NCBI GenBank assembly: GCA_017654855.1
Contig: CM030334.1
Location: 2,542,001-2,606,000, forward strand
DNA length: 64,000 nt
Direction of reading: 5' to 3'
From: Podospora anserina
Taxonomy: Eukaryota
Shown: one piece after another, positions 1 through 13,519 of the stretch
Layout: every line of letters begins with the position of its first letter
Numbering within the stretch: the first letter of the stretch is position 1
Notes under the pieces: generated by a model
What the model was told of the DNA's origin: nothing
The model's input: the letters and a program-made list of their open reading frames with translations, nothing else
Database searches by the model: none
Program-made: the position numbers and the translations under genes

Positions 1-422
1 CAACTTGACAGCTGTCCCGGATCTTGTTAAAACCAAGGGTGGCCGAGGATCCCTTCAGGAAGTGCCCCAGAGTAGAGAGTTCGTTAAGATCTCTGGAAGC
101 TCTGCACATCATGCTGTCAGTAGACGACACTCCTCTTGCGCTCCAGCCACGGATATAAACTTACAGAGCTTGATCCATCTTCTCGAAGGTGTCCTGTGCT
201 TGCTCAAAGAAGTTGATGACCAGTGGCTCACTGAAGTCCCTCTCATGGTCGCTCTCGTCCATTTCCAGGATCTGGGAGAAGATCGCATTGTCGACGTGGT
301 CACCGAAGTCTGGCATGTTTGCGAAGTATACTTCGTCGTCCTGTAGTCCAGAAGCTGGGTTAGTATGGATCGCCTTGAGATGCGGACACATTACGGACCG
401 AATCTTCGTCTGACTTGAGCAT
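1..422 (-). CDS. YPD1: Histidine phosphotransfer (HPt) protein, YPD1/HPT-1-like; 3' end lies beyond the window start
   Basis: The spliced reading is MLKSDEDS / DDEVYFANMPDFGDHVDNAIFSQILEMDESDHERDFSEPLVINFFEQAQDTFEKMDQAL / ASRDLNELSTLGHFLKGSSATLGFNKIRDSCQV. It contains the HPt signature GHFLKGSSA. Introns lie at about 398-341 and 163-102. Confidence 0.92.
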
Positions 423-1105
423 GGTGGCAAGGGGCAGTCAAGCTGTGCTCCGGAACGGATATGCTTGTTACTGTGGAACGGGATGGAGGTATGCTGATAA
501 GGAGCAAAGGGATAAAAAGACTGAAAGGGGAAACATGGGAGGCCAAGGACACACGGCTGTAGCCGCGCTGGCAGGGCCCGGCTCCTCTTAAGTACCGGGG
601 AGCGCACCCTTGCAGGAGACAAAAGGAAGCGGAGGAAGCAGCCAGTGGTGGAGCGCGAGGATGAGGATGAGATTGGGGACGGGGTTCTTGGGTCTTGGGT
701 GTATGCGTGTGAGAGGTGAGGCGGGGGATGGGCTTACAGGATGTCTCTAATAGCAGAAAGACAGCGACTGGTTCCAGAGGTTCCAAACAAGGGCGGCTGC
801 ACCACCAGGCTGCCCTAGTATGCACAAAAACACGTCTGGCAGCGGCGTACGAGGAAGGCCGTTGGCAGGGGTGAGGTTTTCGGGAACCTTATTATTTGCG
901 CGTCAACGGAGAGTCCAGTGACTTTCTGAGTTTGGCTGCGGAGTGAGGGGTGGAGCCTCGAACTCGGCAGGATAATGTTCAACTCACCTTGAATCAATCA
1001 CGGGGGGAGACAGAGAGGAGCGACGTGTGATACGGGCGAGGGTGGCTATGGCAGCTGGAGCTGATTCAGATAGTTAGAGATGGATGGCTCTTGTGACATG
1101 TATCC

Positions 1106-1138
1106 TGTGTGTGTGCGTGCGTGTGTGTGTGTGTGTGT
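1106..1138. repeat. Imperfect (GT)n microsatellite
   Basis: tgtgtgtgtgcgtgcgtgtgtgtgtgtgtgtgt, read directly. Confidence 0.9.
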
Positions 1139-4100
1139 ATGCCCGAGAAAGGATCTGATGAAGGGCGAAATTTTATCCACGGCGGGGTTGAGGGGTCGGG
1201 TCGGAGCGAGGGGTCGAGGGGTAAAGGGGACTCTTGATGGTACCGGGAGAGCCCTCGCGGCCCCGGCACAGGAATGGATAGGAAAGAGGAGAGCGTGACT
1301 GACTATTTTACGACAAGACCTGTAGGGATCCAGGAGTGGAGGGCAGACGCGGGCGGGGAGGGGAGGTTGGAGGTTGGTGGTGTAAAGGCTTGTCTGTCCA
1401 GCTGGCACTCTGTAGAGCGGCGCCGGCAACGTAGGAGCAAGGTATTAAAGGGTGGTAAAGTAGATGATAGGTAGGTTGGGTGTCCTGCTGGTGGAGAAGA
1501 GGGTGGGCATAAGATCTGGCACGACAGATAATAAATAGCGTTGCCAAAACGGGTGGCAGTCTGGCTGCAATCCAGTGAAAAACCTAATCGCACACAAGCA
1601 ATAGGTAATTCAGCACCGCGGCACCTCGCTCAGCTCTCAGTCATGACACATCCATTAGCTTCTCTTTGTCCCTTGGCCGTCTTGAGCCAGCTATTACTGT
1701 ATCTACAAGCAAGATGGCCTATTTCACGCACTTTCTTCGCGATCGTTCTGTCTGGTTTGCTTTTGCCAGCGCTGCCCCCCGTAGCTGTCTCAACAAGTCG
1801 GACGGGCATTTGCAGGTGCTCGGGGGTTCCTGGGCCAGACGTCACTTCCGTTTTGAGGTGCAGAGGTGCAGCGGTGGTGACGCGGGTGACGCAAGGGTAC
1901 TGGCACCAACGACCCAGCCCAGGTACGGAGTAATACCTACTGTGTCTGGCGAGATCGCAGCATTTCGGACTGGATCTGGTATCTGTCGCTGCTCTGGAAA
2001 CTGCAAATCATGGGAGAATTGATCTAGAAAGCCGATTGCTCATGCAGGCACAGATTCAGACGGAGGGGAAATAACCTGCTGTGCTTTCCAGGTCCAGCAG
2101 ACAGGTACACTACCTCTCCTTGCCATTCTTGTTGAGGTTCCGCAGGTAGGGGTCCACCCACTAATTATCGCTAAAACGAGGTTAGTCTCGACACTCAACC
2201 CCGCAGTCGTCATGGCTCCCCAATTGGGTTCTCGTAGCACACACTGGGCGCACCTGTACTCGAGAATAATGGCTTCCATTTGTGCGCGTGTGGCCATCAA
2301 TCACCGCACATCCACATAATCTTGCTCCATTCCGTATCGAGAGATTTAGAAACTGTTTATTTCCACCGTTCCAAAGTCATATAAACGCCCCAAAAATTGT
2401 CCGGATTACCTTCCAGTGGCAGGCAGATATGGACGATAACCCCCAATCCAGACACAGCTCGGTACCACCCCTCATCGGTTAGACTCTTCATCGGTTTCCT
2501 CATGCACAAGGTGCCTTCCATTCCAGGGTTCAAACTTGAACCGAACTGGGCCCGTGCGCTGATGTGTGCCAGCAACACAGGAAAAGCTGACAAGGATTTA
2601 GGAATTCTATTATCTTTCGATTTTCATCTGATTGAATTCATCTGTGTGATAAATTCCACTGGAAGTATTTCTCCCATTTTATTTTTCTTTCTTGTCTGTT
2701 TTTTTATTGCCTACAATAAGCGTCTTTTCCAATACCATCGCGGGGCTCGACGTCAAGCGAGGGTGACCTTCCCATACGACACGGTACCACAGCTCAAGAG
2801 GTCAGTCTGGCTTCAGCAAGTGACGCAAGAATGAGCTGATCACGACTCTGCTCCCCCGTGGCGTGACCAGGTGGTGCTCATATTTTTTAATGCGGCCTCT
2901 TCTCCCACTTATCTCTCGTTGGCGACGACGATACAGCATATCGAGCAGGCCCATATGGTCCCATGCCGCTGACCGTGATTCGACACGGAAGGTCAAAAGG
3001 ACGCTTCGAAAGACTTGAATCTGGCTGCAGACCGACAAATGCAGGGTCCAGGCCGATCTGTCACAACCCCTCTATCGGCGTGGGCTTTTGATAGACGGTA
3101 CCCCTCAATGCCCTCTCCCCTTGGGTACCTTATCGGACTGGACCGGACAAACACCCGGTAAGAGGCATGCATGCGATGGAAGAACCGGATCTGTGGAAGA
3201 AACACCACTCTGCCAGAATCGCGGAAATCTGGACGGTACTCCGGGGCACAAACTCGACACATTCCTGCTGTGTAACGATGCTCAGCACCACCACGAGAAC
3301 CTGCTGGTGAGCGATGTCATCGACAAAGCGGTCGATACAAGCAATATCGCTAACCAGCAACGAATCCACCGGAGAAAACACATCGTGGAGTAGCGGGTCT
3401 AGATGCTGTCGCCCCCTTACTCAGTCGACAAGAGGAGTCACGGAATGAAAGGTCTCGACAGGAGCACCTCGACGGTGGTTGAATCTCATAACCCCACCAA
3501 ATTTCGACAGCCATTCATTAGATGGGGTCCCTCCACAATAGGCTCTTGGCAAGTGGGGCCAGAGGCAGTCGTCTCAACATCGACGTCATTCCGCCAGGTG
3601 TCGTCATTGGGAGCACGAGTACCCGGCCCCATGCAAGGATCCCTGACCAACTTTCCATTGGAGCCCAAAAACGTTTTGTCGACCGTTTGCATCGTGTGCG
3701 AGTTTTCCAGCGGATCGGTGGGGAGCCACGAGTGCTTTTATCGAGGATATCCATTTCCACCACCCACATCCCTCGTCTCTTTGATACCGCAAGAATTTCC
3801 AAACTAGGCCGAGTTTGTTTCAACGACAACATGTAGTGTAGTCACGATGCCGTGTCAGAGAGGTGGTTGGTGGGATGCCAGTCCCTACACAATGCCGCAG
3901 TAGCTCCGACAGCCCGGATATCGGCACCGCCTGCATCTTTCTTCGGAGGAGGTGCTGGCTCGGCATCACACACGGCCAACAACACCACAATTATTACACC
4001 GCATGAGCATATCTTTCGGAGGTTAGTTGAGGACTGGTGATCGTTTTCTACCCTTTCCATTTTTTATTATTCTATACTAGATCTCCGTACACCAACGGGA

Positions 4101-6452
4101 GCCAAGGCCGGGACGCCTGCACGTCTCCCGCAACAAAACGGAGGCTGGGAGCGCCCGCGGAATCCCGTCAACTGCAACTTCAGGTGCTTCCTTGCGTGCG
4201 ACCGCCCGAATCGGCGGTCACACCATCATCGGAGCCGGACAGTGCTCCTGAGTTAGCTCCACAGATTCAGATGCAATGTGCCTTGACTGAGTAGTGATAG
4301 AGAACGTGCCTCAGGCGTTGCCTGTGAGCCAACCTTTGAACCTGTCAGCCGTCCACACAGTGCTGATTCGCTTCGGTCTGACGACGAGGACCAGATCGTG
4401 GCTTTGGAATCTACGTCAGCTCCCATAGCAAGGGCATTGGCCAGCTCTGAGCTAGTTAAATGCGGCCCTTTTCAGCTCATCTAATATCGTCTTGTCGCAC
4501 TCAGGCGCCCGAAACATGTCCCAGGCGGACGGGTTTGAACGCCGCTGACAGAAAGAGCCGCTCTGAGCGACGATATCTATATCAACCGCCAAGGCTTCCT
4601 TGTAGTGTAATGATGACGTGCGTCCTCCACGAAACCCGAGACTCCCGGCCAGCATGCTCTATGGATATACATATTCCTTCGAGACACTTCTATCAATCCT
4701 TCGCTCAGGTTGTGCATCGGCGTGTCTTGGGTATCTTGAGCAGCAGGAACTTTCGTTCCGGGGCTGTTGTTTGATCGAAGCGCCACAGGCGCTAGACTAC
4801 AGTATCTAGTATTTTCATGCTCGGACAACTTCATCTCGATAAGTGTCAGCCATTCTCGAGTTCGGGAAATGTGTACTCGGATATCGAAGAAACGGGCACC
4901 AGTGACGACAGCCTCCTGAGCGCGCCGTCTGTCCCCAATTCTGCCCTCCCAGCAAAAAACTGCTCAACACCATCACAGAAAGTAAGTCGATCAGTAATAT
5001 CGGACCGGGAAGCTTCCGCTGCAAGTTTCAACCCCACGGCGAGAGAGCAAAAGTTCATGACTTGTTGGTTTTCCGAGAAAAAGGGCGCGGAATAGTGGTA
5101 CATACAGAGAGAGAAAGTTCAGAGACATGTCAAGCCAGCCCCCGTTGTCTGACACCGTTTTTTTTCCCTGTTTCCCCCCCTCAATCTGAGCGTTCTAGAC
5201 CCTCGACTTGCATAGGGGACTGCATCGTGACACTCCCAAAACCTGTTTTTTTGCGTCAGGACTACATACATACATATCAGCAGTGCGGTCCGGCCGGCTT
5301 TTTTTTTCCTCCTCACCACCAACGCACGCACTAATGGGTTAAGAAAAAGGAGCCTATCATGGCGATGGTACCCAAGAGATCAAAGCGTTTTTGGGTTTGG
5401 TTCAAATCTTGGCACTAGGAGAGAGTATTGGAAGACAGACACAACAGGATGGGATGGGATTATAAGCAGAGCTAGAAGATTCCATGTTTAGAGAATCTGG
5501 GTTGCGAATATTCGCTCTCCCGAGAAACACCATCGTGTCCCGAAATATTTCTATCGTGAAACAAGATACCTAACCGGCGGGCGGGGTTACATAAGGTACA
5601 TATCAACAATCTTCTGATACCAAGATTTCCAAGACTACCAAGACTTGTTTAGTTAACACAAAGAACCTTCTTTTTTCTTTTTTTTTGTTTTTTTTTGGGT
5701 TGGTGCTGTCGGGGGGCAGCTGATTTAATAGACATTTTCTATATCCAGCTACATGCAAAAACCATATCTTTCTCTTTGCTCGCTTCCAAATTTGGGGGAA
5801 AACATGTTGTAAAATGACAATCATTAAGTGGGTATAGAAATAAGCAATCTTTCTGGGAACAGTTCCTTCATGCAAGCCCACTGTTCTAGGCTGGGGATGT
5901 TGCCGGTCTTGTAAGCGGTTATTACTCCGTGTATCTCTTGGACTGTTTCTCTTGAGAGGGAAAAGGCTCCCCGGAATGTGCAATCGCAGTGCAGCGGCAC
6001 AAGATAAGAAGAGAGAGGTTTGTTGTTGGGGGTTCTCAGTCAGCCGCCGGCCTGACTAAACTAGTACCGGGAGCATCGTCTTTTTGCCCCAGCCATATCG
6101 TGGTTGTGTTTGGGAGGGCTCCCAAGAGGCAATCCCGTCCAACTGAACTCTCCAGCCATTGATATGGACTGGATAGCAGTTTCGAAGGTCGACATGCGTG
6201 CCAACCACAAGGCCAACCAGCGCCCTGGAATGACATACACTTCACAAATCCTGCCCTGATATAAGCAGAGGAAAGTTTGCAAAACTCCAAAGCCAATAAC
6301 CAGCAGAAAAAGAGAGTAGGGTATGTGAAGATGCCAGGGTAAAAAACTCGAAGCCACAATTGCTACCTGGCAAGCTTGACAAACGTAAAGACAGGTATGG
6401 CACAACACAAACCAACGCCATGTCTCTTGCACATTCTAACAAGCCACTCCTC

Positions 6453-7733
6453 TCAAAGCAATACCTTCGAAGCAACGGTCAACAACCAAGCAGCATCATG
6501 CCAGCCACCCTCATTCTCCTTCGGCGGCGGGATACTCTCATCCACCATCGTCTTCATATTCTGCCCCTCCAGCCTCCTCAAGCATGACACCCTCCTCTCC
6601 ATCTCATGCCCTGATCCCTCCCCATCCGTCGTCTCCCCATCATAATCATCCTCCGACTCCTCCTCATCGTCCTCCTCAACGGCAAAAAGCTTCACACCGA
6701 GCACATGGCCAAACCAAGACCCTACACCCCCGTTCCCAGTCCCCTTCACCAGCTTCCTCACGTACGCCTCATCTTCTGCCCCATCACCCGTGACAAACTC
6801 AGCGTCATCCACAGTGTAATTTTCTAGCTCCTCGTCAAAATTGACAAAATCCGGACCGGCAATCTCGTCGTCAGGGTTCTCCGCCACAGGAGTTGACCCC
6901 GACCCATTAGAGTTGAAGTAATCCTCCACAAAGGTTGTCATCCTATGGCTGCTCCCGCCTGGCGTCATAGACCCAACCCGGGAGTGAGATCTGCTCCTAA
7001 AGCGGCTGTAGGCCGGGGAGGAGATGTTATCATCGTTGCCGTCAAGATGGACACTGCTTCTCCTAGAGGCGTGACGGGATAGGTGACGGGGGGTGTGCCG
7101 AGAGCCATAAACCAGCTCTTCTCTTTCCCTTGCGAGTTCCCGCTCAAAGGCTTCGTCTTCGGCGTCTTGAGGAGAGTGACCAGCCAAGGATGTGGACGAG
7201 GCGCGGGTGGAGAGCCAGGCTTGGCCTTTGGATTCCCGGGTTTCGAGGGAGATGATGGAGCCGCAGCGGAGGAGCCAGTCCGAGTCGGAGCGGTCGGTTT
7301 GTCTCAGCTGGTTTGGGTGGTGGGAGGAGCGGTGGCGTGGGGTGGTGGGGGAAGTGTGGAGGGAGGTTGAGCTTTGGCGATGGGAGGCACGGGACTGGTT
7401 GTGGGGGAGGTGGGAGGAGGATTTCGATTTTGCGAGGGAGACTGAGGATCGGGACTTGCGGGCGCCGGAGACAGAGGCGGAGCGGTTGTTGGGACCCGGG
7501 GAGCGGGAGAGGAGACGGGGGGTGGTAGGGGCGGATTTGCCTTGGAGGTAGGAGTAGGAGGTTACTGTTGGGGGAGCGGAGGTTGGGGTGGTGAGATCGT
7601 TGTCGTCGAGGATATCGTGGGCATCGTGAATAGGGAGTTTGGAGGTTAGAGGCGCGAGGGAGAGGTGGGTGAGGTTACCCGAGGATCGGGACTTGCGCCT
7701 GAAGGAAGAGTGTTGATTGTAGGCGACGTCCAT
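6453..7733 (-). CDS. Conserved fungal hypothetical protein, Ser/Arg-rich, resembling DUF3984
   Basis: Single ORF of about 426 aa from the ATG at 7733 (MDVAYNQHSS...). It has conserved-looking blocks SDWLLRCG...RESKGQAWLSTRASSTSL and a C-terminal GGWHDAAWLLTVASKVLL. The family assignment is from memory. Confidence 0.75.
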   Translation of the reverse strand: MDVAYNQHSSFRRKSRSSGNLTHLSLAPLTSKLPIHDAHDILDDNDLTTPTSAPPTVTSYSYLQGKSAPTTPRLLSRSPGPNNRSASVSGARKSRSSVSLAKSKSSSHLPHNQSRASHRQSSTSLHTSPTTPRHRSSHHPNQLRQTDRSDSDWLLRCGSIISLETRESKGQAWLSTRASSTSLAGHSPQDAEDEAFERELAREREELVYGSRHTPRHLSRHASRRSSVHLDGNDDNISSPAYSRFRSRSHSRVGSMTPGGSSHRMTTFVEDYFNSNGSGSTPVAENPDDEIAGPDFVNFDEELENYTVDDAEFVTGDGAEDEAYVRKLVKGTGNGGVGSWFGHVLGVKLFAVEEDDEEESEDDYDGETTDGEGSGHEMERRVSCLRRLEGQNMKTMVDESIPPPKENEGGWHDAAWLLTVASKVLL

Positions 7734-8764
7734 GTTTTTGTTGGGGTAATGAGTTGTCGTCGTCTTCTGGCTGTCTAGTGGGTAGGTTATTAGAAGGCAA
7801 TGGGAAGGCAAGAAAACGAACGTTGAATAACAACGAGTGAGAGAGAAGGGTGGAGTTTACCCCAGACTCCAGAAGCAAGTGATATATGAAGCAATTAAGT
7901 AGTTTCACAGTCGGGCGGTCAGTTGTCGGTGGTGGTGCGATTGGAAGGATGGGAAAGCTCTATCCCTTGTTTGTGGCACCCTGCAGGCCTGATTCCTCAA
8001 CAATTGCTGGCTTTCAAAGCTCTGGAACGCGTCCGGCTGTGGTAGGGCGAGTTCTGATTCGCCCGTTTATTTAGAGCAATAGCCACCGCCACTGAAGCTT
8101 GAACGCCCTGGCAAAGGTACCAGCGACTTTTTAGTGGGAAATATTTTCCCGCGGTGTGCCGCTAAAGCAAGGCGGACTGTTTGGTACCCCGGTACAAGGC
8201 AAGCCACAGCCAATGACCGACCCCGCAGCTAAGCGCACTGACTCTAACATTTTGAGGCTGGTTAAACCCTGGGCTCTCGAAAGCTTCAGTGTATGGAGGG
8301 GCATAGAGGGGCTATCAGCCATCAGTGTCATTGACTCTCTAGAACGGTGGTGATCTTTTCGAGGAGGACAAGCTTGTGAATAACCTTGAGACATCGAGTC
8401 ACTCGGTCAAACTTGGCAGACGGATATCAAAGGCTGAAAAACACCGACAAAAATCAGCTAACTCGAGCTGCATGAGCATAGGCTTGAGCCCCTCGACTTA
8501 CATACACACTACAACTCTTTTAAAATTTTCAGTCGCTTTTTTATTCACATTTTGCCACTTTTTCACTACGGAAATAGACGAGTGCTACCCTTCTGAACTA
8601 CCCACTTCGTCCGCTCTCAGCTCTCACCACCTGGGCACCGGTGGCCGCCGAAAAGTCCCGAAAGAAGCTATATCCTGATAATGATCGCACCACTACGGTG
8701 CTAAAACCAGCGATTGACTCATACCCAAAACTCATACCAAGAAAAAGAGTTTTGACCGGACGAG

Positions 8765-11700
8765 ATGCGGAACTTGCGCAACATCGGCCACAGCGTCTTC
8801 AGGGATCCCGTCCCGGATTCTCCCTTTCCTACCGCCGCCTCGGCTTCGGCCCCTTTCTCGGCATCGTGTTGGGATGTCTCCAGGGATGAGGTGATTGTTG
8901 CCCGTGGCCCAACCGCCCATGATGCCCGGATCGAACTCTCGAGGGTAGTGAAGCACACTCATGAGCGTCCCCCTTGTCACTTGTAAGATACATATTCATC
9001 ATTCTCATGTTAAAACAAGCATATAATCTAAGACTGCAATTTCTATGACATAGAAAATCAAGAAACATCGCAACATGGGATGCACTTTGCCCAAACGAAG
9101 ATGGCAGTCCAGATGTTATCCGGAGTATACACTACTTCAGCGACACATTGACAACATGTGTCATCATGGCCGGCGGTGACATTGTCACTGTTACTGAAGA
9201 CGAAGAAACCGCCGCTGGTGAAGCGCACATTGAGATCGTAGGCACATTGTCGCCCTCTATCTCGGCTGCTCGCTGGTCACCAGATGAAGAGCTACTTGCC
9301 ATCGCAACAGGGGATGCCAAGGTGCTCTTCATGAGCCGGGGCTTCGATGTTATTTCAGAGGTTGGCCTCAGCGAAGAGGACTTGAGGCTGTCAAAGCATG
9401 TCTCCATCGGATGGGGCAAGAAGGAGACTCAGTTTATCGGCAAGGGCGCCAAGGCCAAGGGGCTTCGAGACCCTACTATTCCGGAGAAGGTAGACGAGGG
9501 CGCCTTGAGCTCAAACGATGATGGGCGGTGCACGATCAGTTGGAGAGGTGATGGTGCGTATGTTGCTGTCAACTTCCTTCAGCAAGGACAACGACGTGTG
9601 ATCCGGGTGTACAACCGTGATGGTGAGTTGGACAGTGTCAGTGAACCCGTGGATGGGCTTGAGGGCGCTCTGAGTTGGCGGCCTGAGGGAAATCTCATGG
9701 CCGGGATTCAGCGTCTCTCGGACCGTATTGACGTTGTGTTCTTTGAAAGAAATGGCCTGCGCCATGGGCAGTTCACACTTCGAGCGCCCCAGGACGCCCC
9801 TGATGTGGCTGCAGAGCTGGCGCTTGAGTGGAACTCGGACTCAACCGTTCTAGCTGTTATCATGAAGGATAGAGTACAGCTATGGACTACAGGCAACTAC
9901 CACTGGTATCTGAAACAAGAGTTCCTCTGTGGTGACGGTGGTAGCAAGCACCACCAGAGTCCAAAGTTTGCCTGGCATGCAGAGAAACCACTGTTGTGTG
10001 TTGCGGCGACAGCAGGTAAGATAACCTCTCTACTCCCTATATTCTCCTCAGTTGTCTCACAAGTTGTGTAGGCAAAGTACTTGTCAACGAGTACATTTTC
10101 ACCATCGCCCGTGGGCCGGGAGTTTCTCCTCACGACTTCGGAGCTGTTGCCGTAATTGACGGTCAGACGCTCAAATTCACCCCTTTCCGGACGGCTAATG
10201 TGCCTCCTCCGATGGCCTTTGACGAACTCGAAGTCGAGTCTCCTATTATTGACGTTACAATCGGACGGGATTGCAACTCGATGGCCGTGCTGCACCGAAG
10301 TGGTGTTAGCTTCTTCGAGCTTATCATCCAGGGACCACGGATGCTACCCCCGAAGCTTGCCTCTACGGCTTCCTTTAGGAAGACACATGCCCAGTTATAC
10401 GAGGAACATGTACTTCAGGTTGGCCTGTCTGGCTCAAATGAGGTTCACATTCTTCAAATGTCGGAAGACATGGAGATTGTCAGGCACACATTTGAAGGCA
10501 CACAAACAAACGAACACGGGTGGCAAAAGACGGATGCAACTTCCATCACAACCATTACAACACCTATAGTGCCACCAGTTGTCGAGGAAGACGGAGTCAT
10601 TGCTCAGGATTGGCGTGGCAGACTGAGCAGAATCATTGAAGGAGAACACCTCCCGCTTCCTGCCGAGTTTGCCAACTTCTTGCCCTGGACAAGTTACATT
10701 ACACATTCAGGCGAGTTCCTGGCTTTTGGACAGGCTCGGAATGGCTACCTCTACTGCAACTCGACGCTACTGGCCAGGAACTGTACTTCTTTTGTTGTTA
10801 CCAAGCATCATCTCATCTTCACGACTACCAACCACTTCGTCAAGTTTGTTCACTTGGCTACGGAAGAAGAGCTTGAGGTTCCCCAGGACGACCCCGAGAA
10901 TGACGAACGATGCCGGAGTATCGAGCGGGGAGGCAGGCTGGTCGTTGCCATGCCCAGCAGGATGAGCATTGTGCTTCAGATGCCTCGTGGCAATCTTGAG
11001 ACAATTTATCCCCGGGCTATGGTTTTGTCCGGCATCCGCGACCTTATCGAGGCCAAGAACTATGGCGCTGCTTTTGCGACATGCCGCACTCAGCGTGTGG
11101 ATATGAACCTGCTCTATGATCACCGACCGGAGCAGTTCCTGGAGCACGTCGGCTTGTTCTTGGAGCAGGTGAAGGATACGGCCAGCATTGACTTGTTCTT
11201 GTCCACTCTTAAGTAAGTTTCTTGAGTCTTTAAGAATCATCTGATACCGTTTGCTGACTTTGTTTAGGGAGGAGGATGTCACCCGGACTATGTACAAGGA
11301 CACCAAGGCTGGCTCAGCTCCGCAGTCGCAAGAAGCTGAAACGGCTGCTAAAGAAAGCAAGATCAACAAGATATGTGATGCTGTTTTGGCAAAGCTCAAG
11401 ACCCAGAAGAACGCCAACCTCCAAAACATCATCACAGCGCATGTCTGCAAGAACCCACCAGCCCTCGATGATGGCTTGCGCGTGGTTGCCGATCTTATGC
11501 AAGAACATGAGGCACTAGCCGAACGTGCTGTTGAGCACATTTGCTTCCTGGTAGATGTCAACAGACTCTACGACCACGCCCTCGGTTTGTACAATCTCGA
11601 ACTTACTTTGCTGGTTGCCCAGCAGTCTCAACGTGATCCCAGAGAGTATCTCCCATTTATTCAAGAACTTCACAAGATGCCAAAGCTCCAGCGAAAGTAC

Positions 11701-12945
11701 ACAATCGATGACAAGCTCGGGAACCACGAGAAAGCCCTGGACCATCTCAAGGCTCTTGGCAATTTCGAGGAGGTGAAGACGTACACCGTCAAGCACAAGC
11801 TCTACCAGCACGCCTTGAGCATCTACCGTCACGACGAGCAGCACCACCGCGTGATTACCGACCTCTTCGCCGCCCACCTCAAGTCTATCTCCCAGTTTAA
11901 GGAAGCCGGCCTAGCCTACGAGTCACTCAACAGCTACCACGACGCCACAGACTGTTACCTCAAAGCGGGCGCCGCCTGCTGGCGCGAATGCCTCTACGTT
12001 GCCCAGCAGCAAGACCCGCCCATCACCGCTCAGCGACTAGAAGAAGTAGCAAGCGACCTTGCCGACGCCCTCCGCGAAGCAAAGGACTATGCCGCCGCGG
12101 CAACAATCCACATGGAGTACCTCTCTTCTATCGAATCCGCCATCCAATCCCTCTGCAAGGGCTACCTCTTTGCCGATGCGCTCCGGCTTGTCGCCCTGCA
12201 CAAGCGACGTGACCTTCTTGAGAGCCATATTGACAGCGGCCTCGCGGATGCCTTCTCCTCCAGCATTGAGTTCTTGGCTGATTGCAAAGCCCAACTCAAG
12301 GCGCAAGTTCCGCGCATCCTTGAGCTCCGCAAGAAGGCAAAGGAGGACCCGCTGGCGTTTTACGAGGGGGAGAACCCCTTTGGGAGCAAGAACGCGGATG
12401 GTTATGACATCCCGGATGATATCTCTATTGCTGCTAGCTCGAGGGCGACGACGAGCGCGTCGATGTTTACGAGGTATACCGGCAAGGCTGGGAGCGTGGG
12501 GACTGTTGGCTCCAATGTCTCGAGAGCAACAAGCAAAAACAGGAGGAGGGAGGAGAAGAAGAGGGCGAGGGGGAGGAAGGGGACGGTTTATGAGGAGGAG
12601 TATTTGGTTAATAGTGTCAGGAGGTTGGTGGAGAGGGTGGAGGGGACGAAGGGGGAGGTGGAGAGGTTGGTCTTTGGGTTGGTGAGGAGGGATATGCAGG
12701 AGCGGGCAAGGGTTATTGAGGAGGCGATGGGGGTTGTGCTGGAGGGGTGTAGGCAGGCTGTTGGGGAGGTTTGGCCGCAGGAGGAGAAACAGCAAGTTGA
12801 GGGTGAAGGGGAGGATGGAGAGGGGTGGAGGCCGGTGGGCGGGGATGGGGTGCTGTTTGAGAGTTTGGAGGCTATGAGGGCTAAGCAAACGGCGCCGGTG
12901 GTGACGGGGTTCGAGAAGTTGGCACTTTTGGGGGGAAAGAAGTGA
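8765..12945 (+). CDS. ELP1: Elongator complex protein 1 (ELP1/IKI3), 4 exons: 8765-8982, 9054-10015, 10072-11212, 11268-12945
   Basis: Motifs WSPDEELLA, VSIGWGKKETQF, ISWRGDG, FFERNGLRHG, WTTGNYHWYLKQE, LQMPRGNLETIYPR and AQQSQRDPREYLP, plus the basic C-terminal KNRRREEKKRARGRKG. The GT-AG introns keep the frame. Confidence 0.96.
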
Positions 12946-13448
12946 GCGGTGGGTGGGATGTAGGAGGTATCGATTAAAATTGGGGCTAGAAGCATTTGCA
13001 TTGGTTGTTTAGGAAACGAGAGTAAGATAGGGTAGGCATAGCTCATGAAACGATGTTTTGTAGATTCACAATGCCTAGCTGTATAGTATGGCGTTATGGT
13101 TCCCCTGATATCGACGCCACAAAACCTTGTTCTTTGTTTATCTCTTCCCAACAAGGCACGTACACATTACCCCTTTTCAAAACCAACAAGCAAGGCAAAG
13201 GAAACAGATTTTTACCCGCGGTCATACTTCTCACAGCGGCCATAGGCAAGAAAACTCCCTCTGTTGCCTTCAATCTTTTATTCTCATATGGACATGACAA
13301 TTTTCAAATGGAGAGCCAAACGGGTACGCTACGTTTCATGACAAAGTGCTTCTCTTGCATCGCCCATGCCATGCTAGCTCTATCTACCCATCGCTACCAC
13401 TACGTATCTACATTCTAGGCAAATACTTCAAAAACCCCACAAGAAACA

Positions 13449-13519
13449 GCATCAGTGGTTTAGTGGTAAAATCCATCGTTGCCATCGATGGGCCCCGTGT
13501 TCGATTCACGGCTGATGCA
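13449..13519 (+). tRNA. tRNA-Gly (anticodon GCC), intronless
   Basis: Acceptor stem GCATCAG/CTGATGC with discriminator A. D-loop TGGTTTAGTGGTAAAA. Anticodon arm CATCG-TTGCCAT-CGATG. T-loop GTTCGATTC. Confidence 0.96.

Noticed and set aside
2800..5100. Short minus-strand ORFs, including in-frame 3842-4060 and 3518-3832 separated by one TGA, as a pseudogene
   Set aside because: No recognisable domain or consistent splice pattern. It cannot be supported without a BLASTX search.
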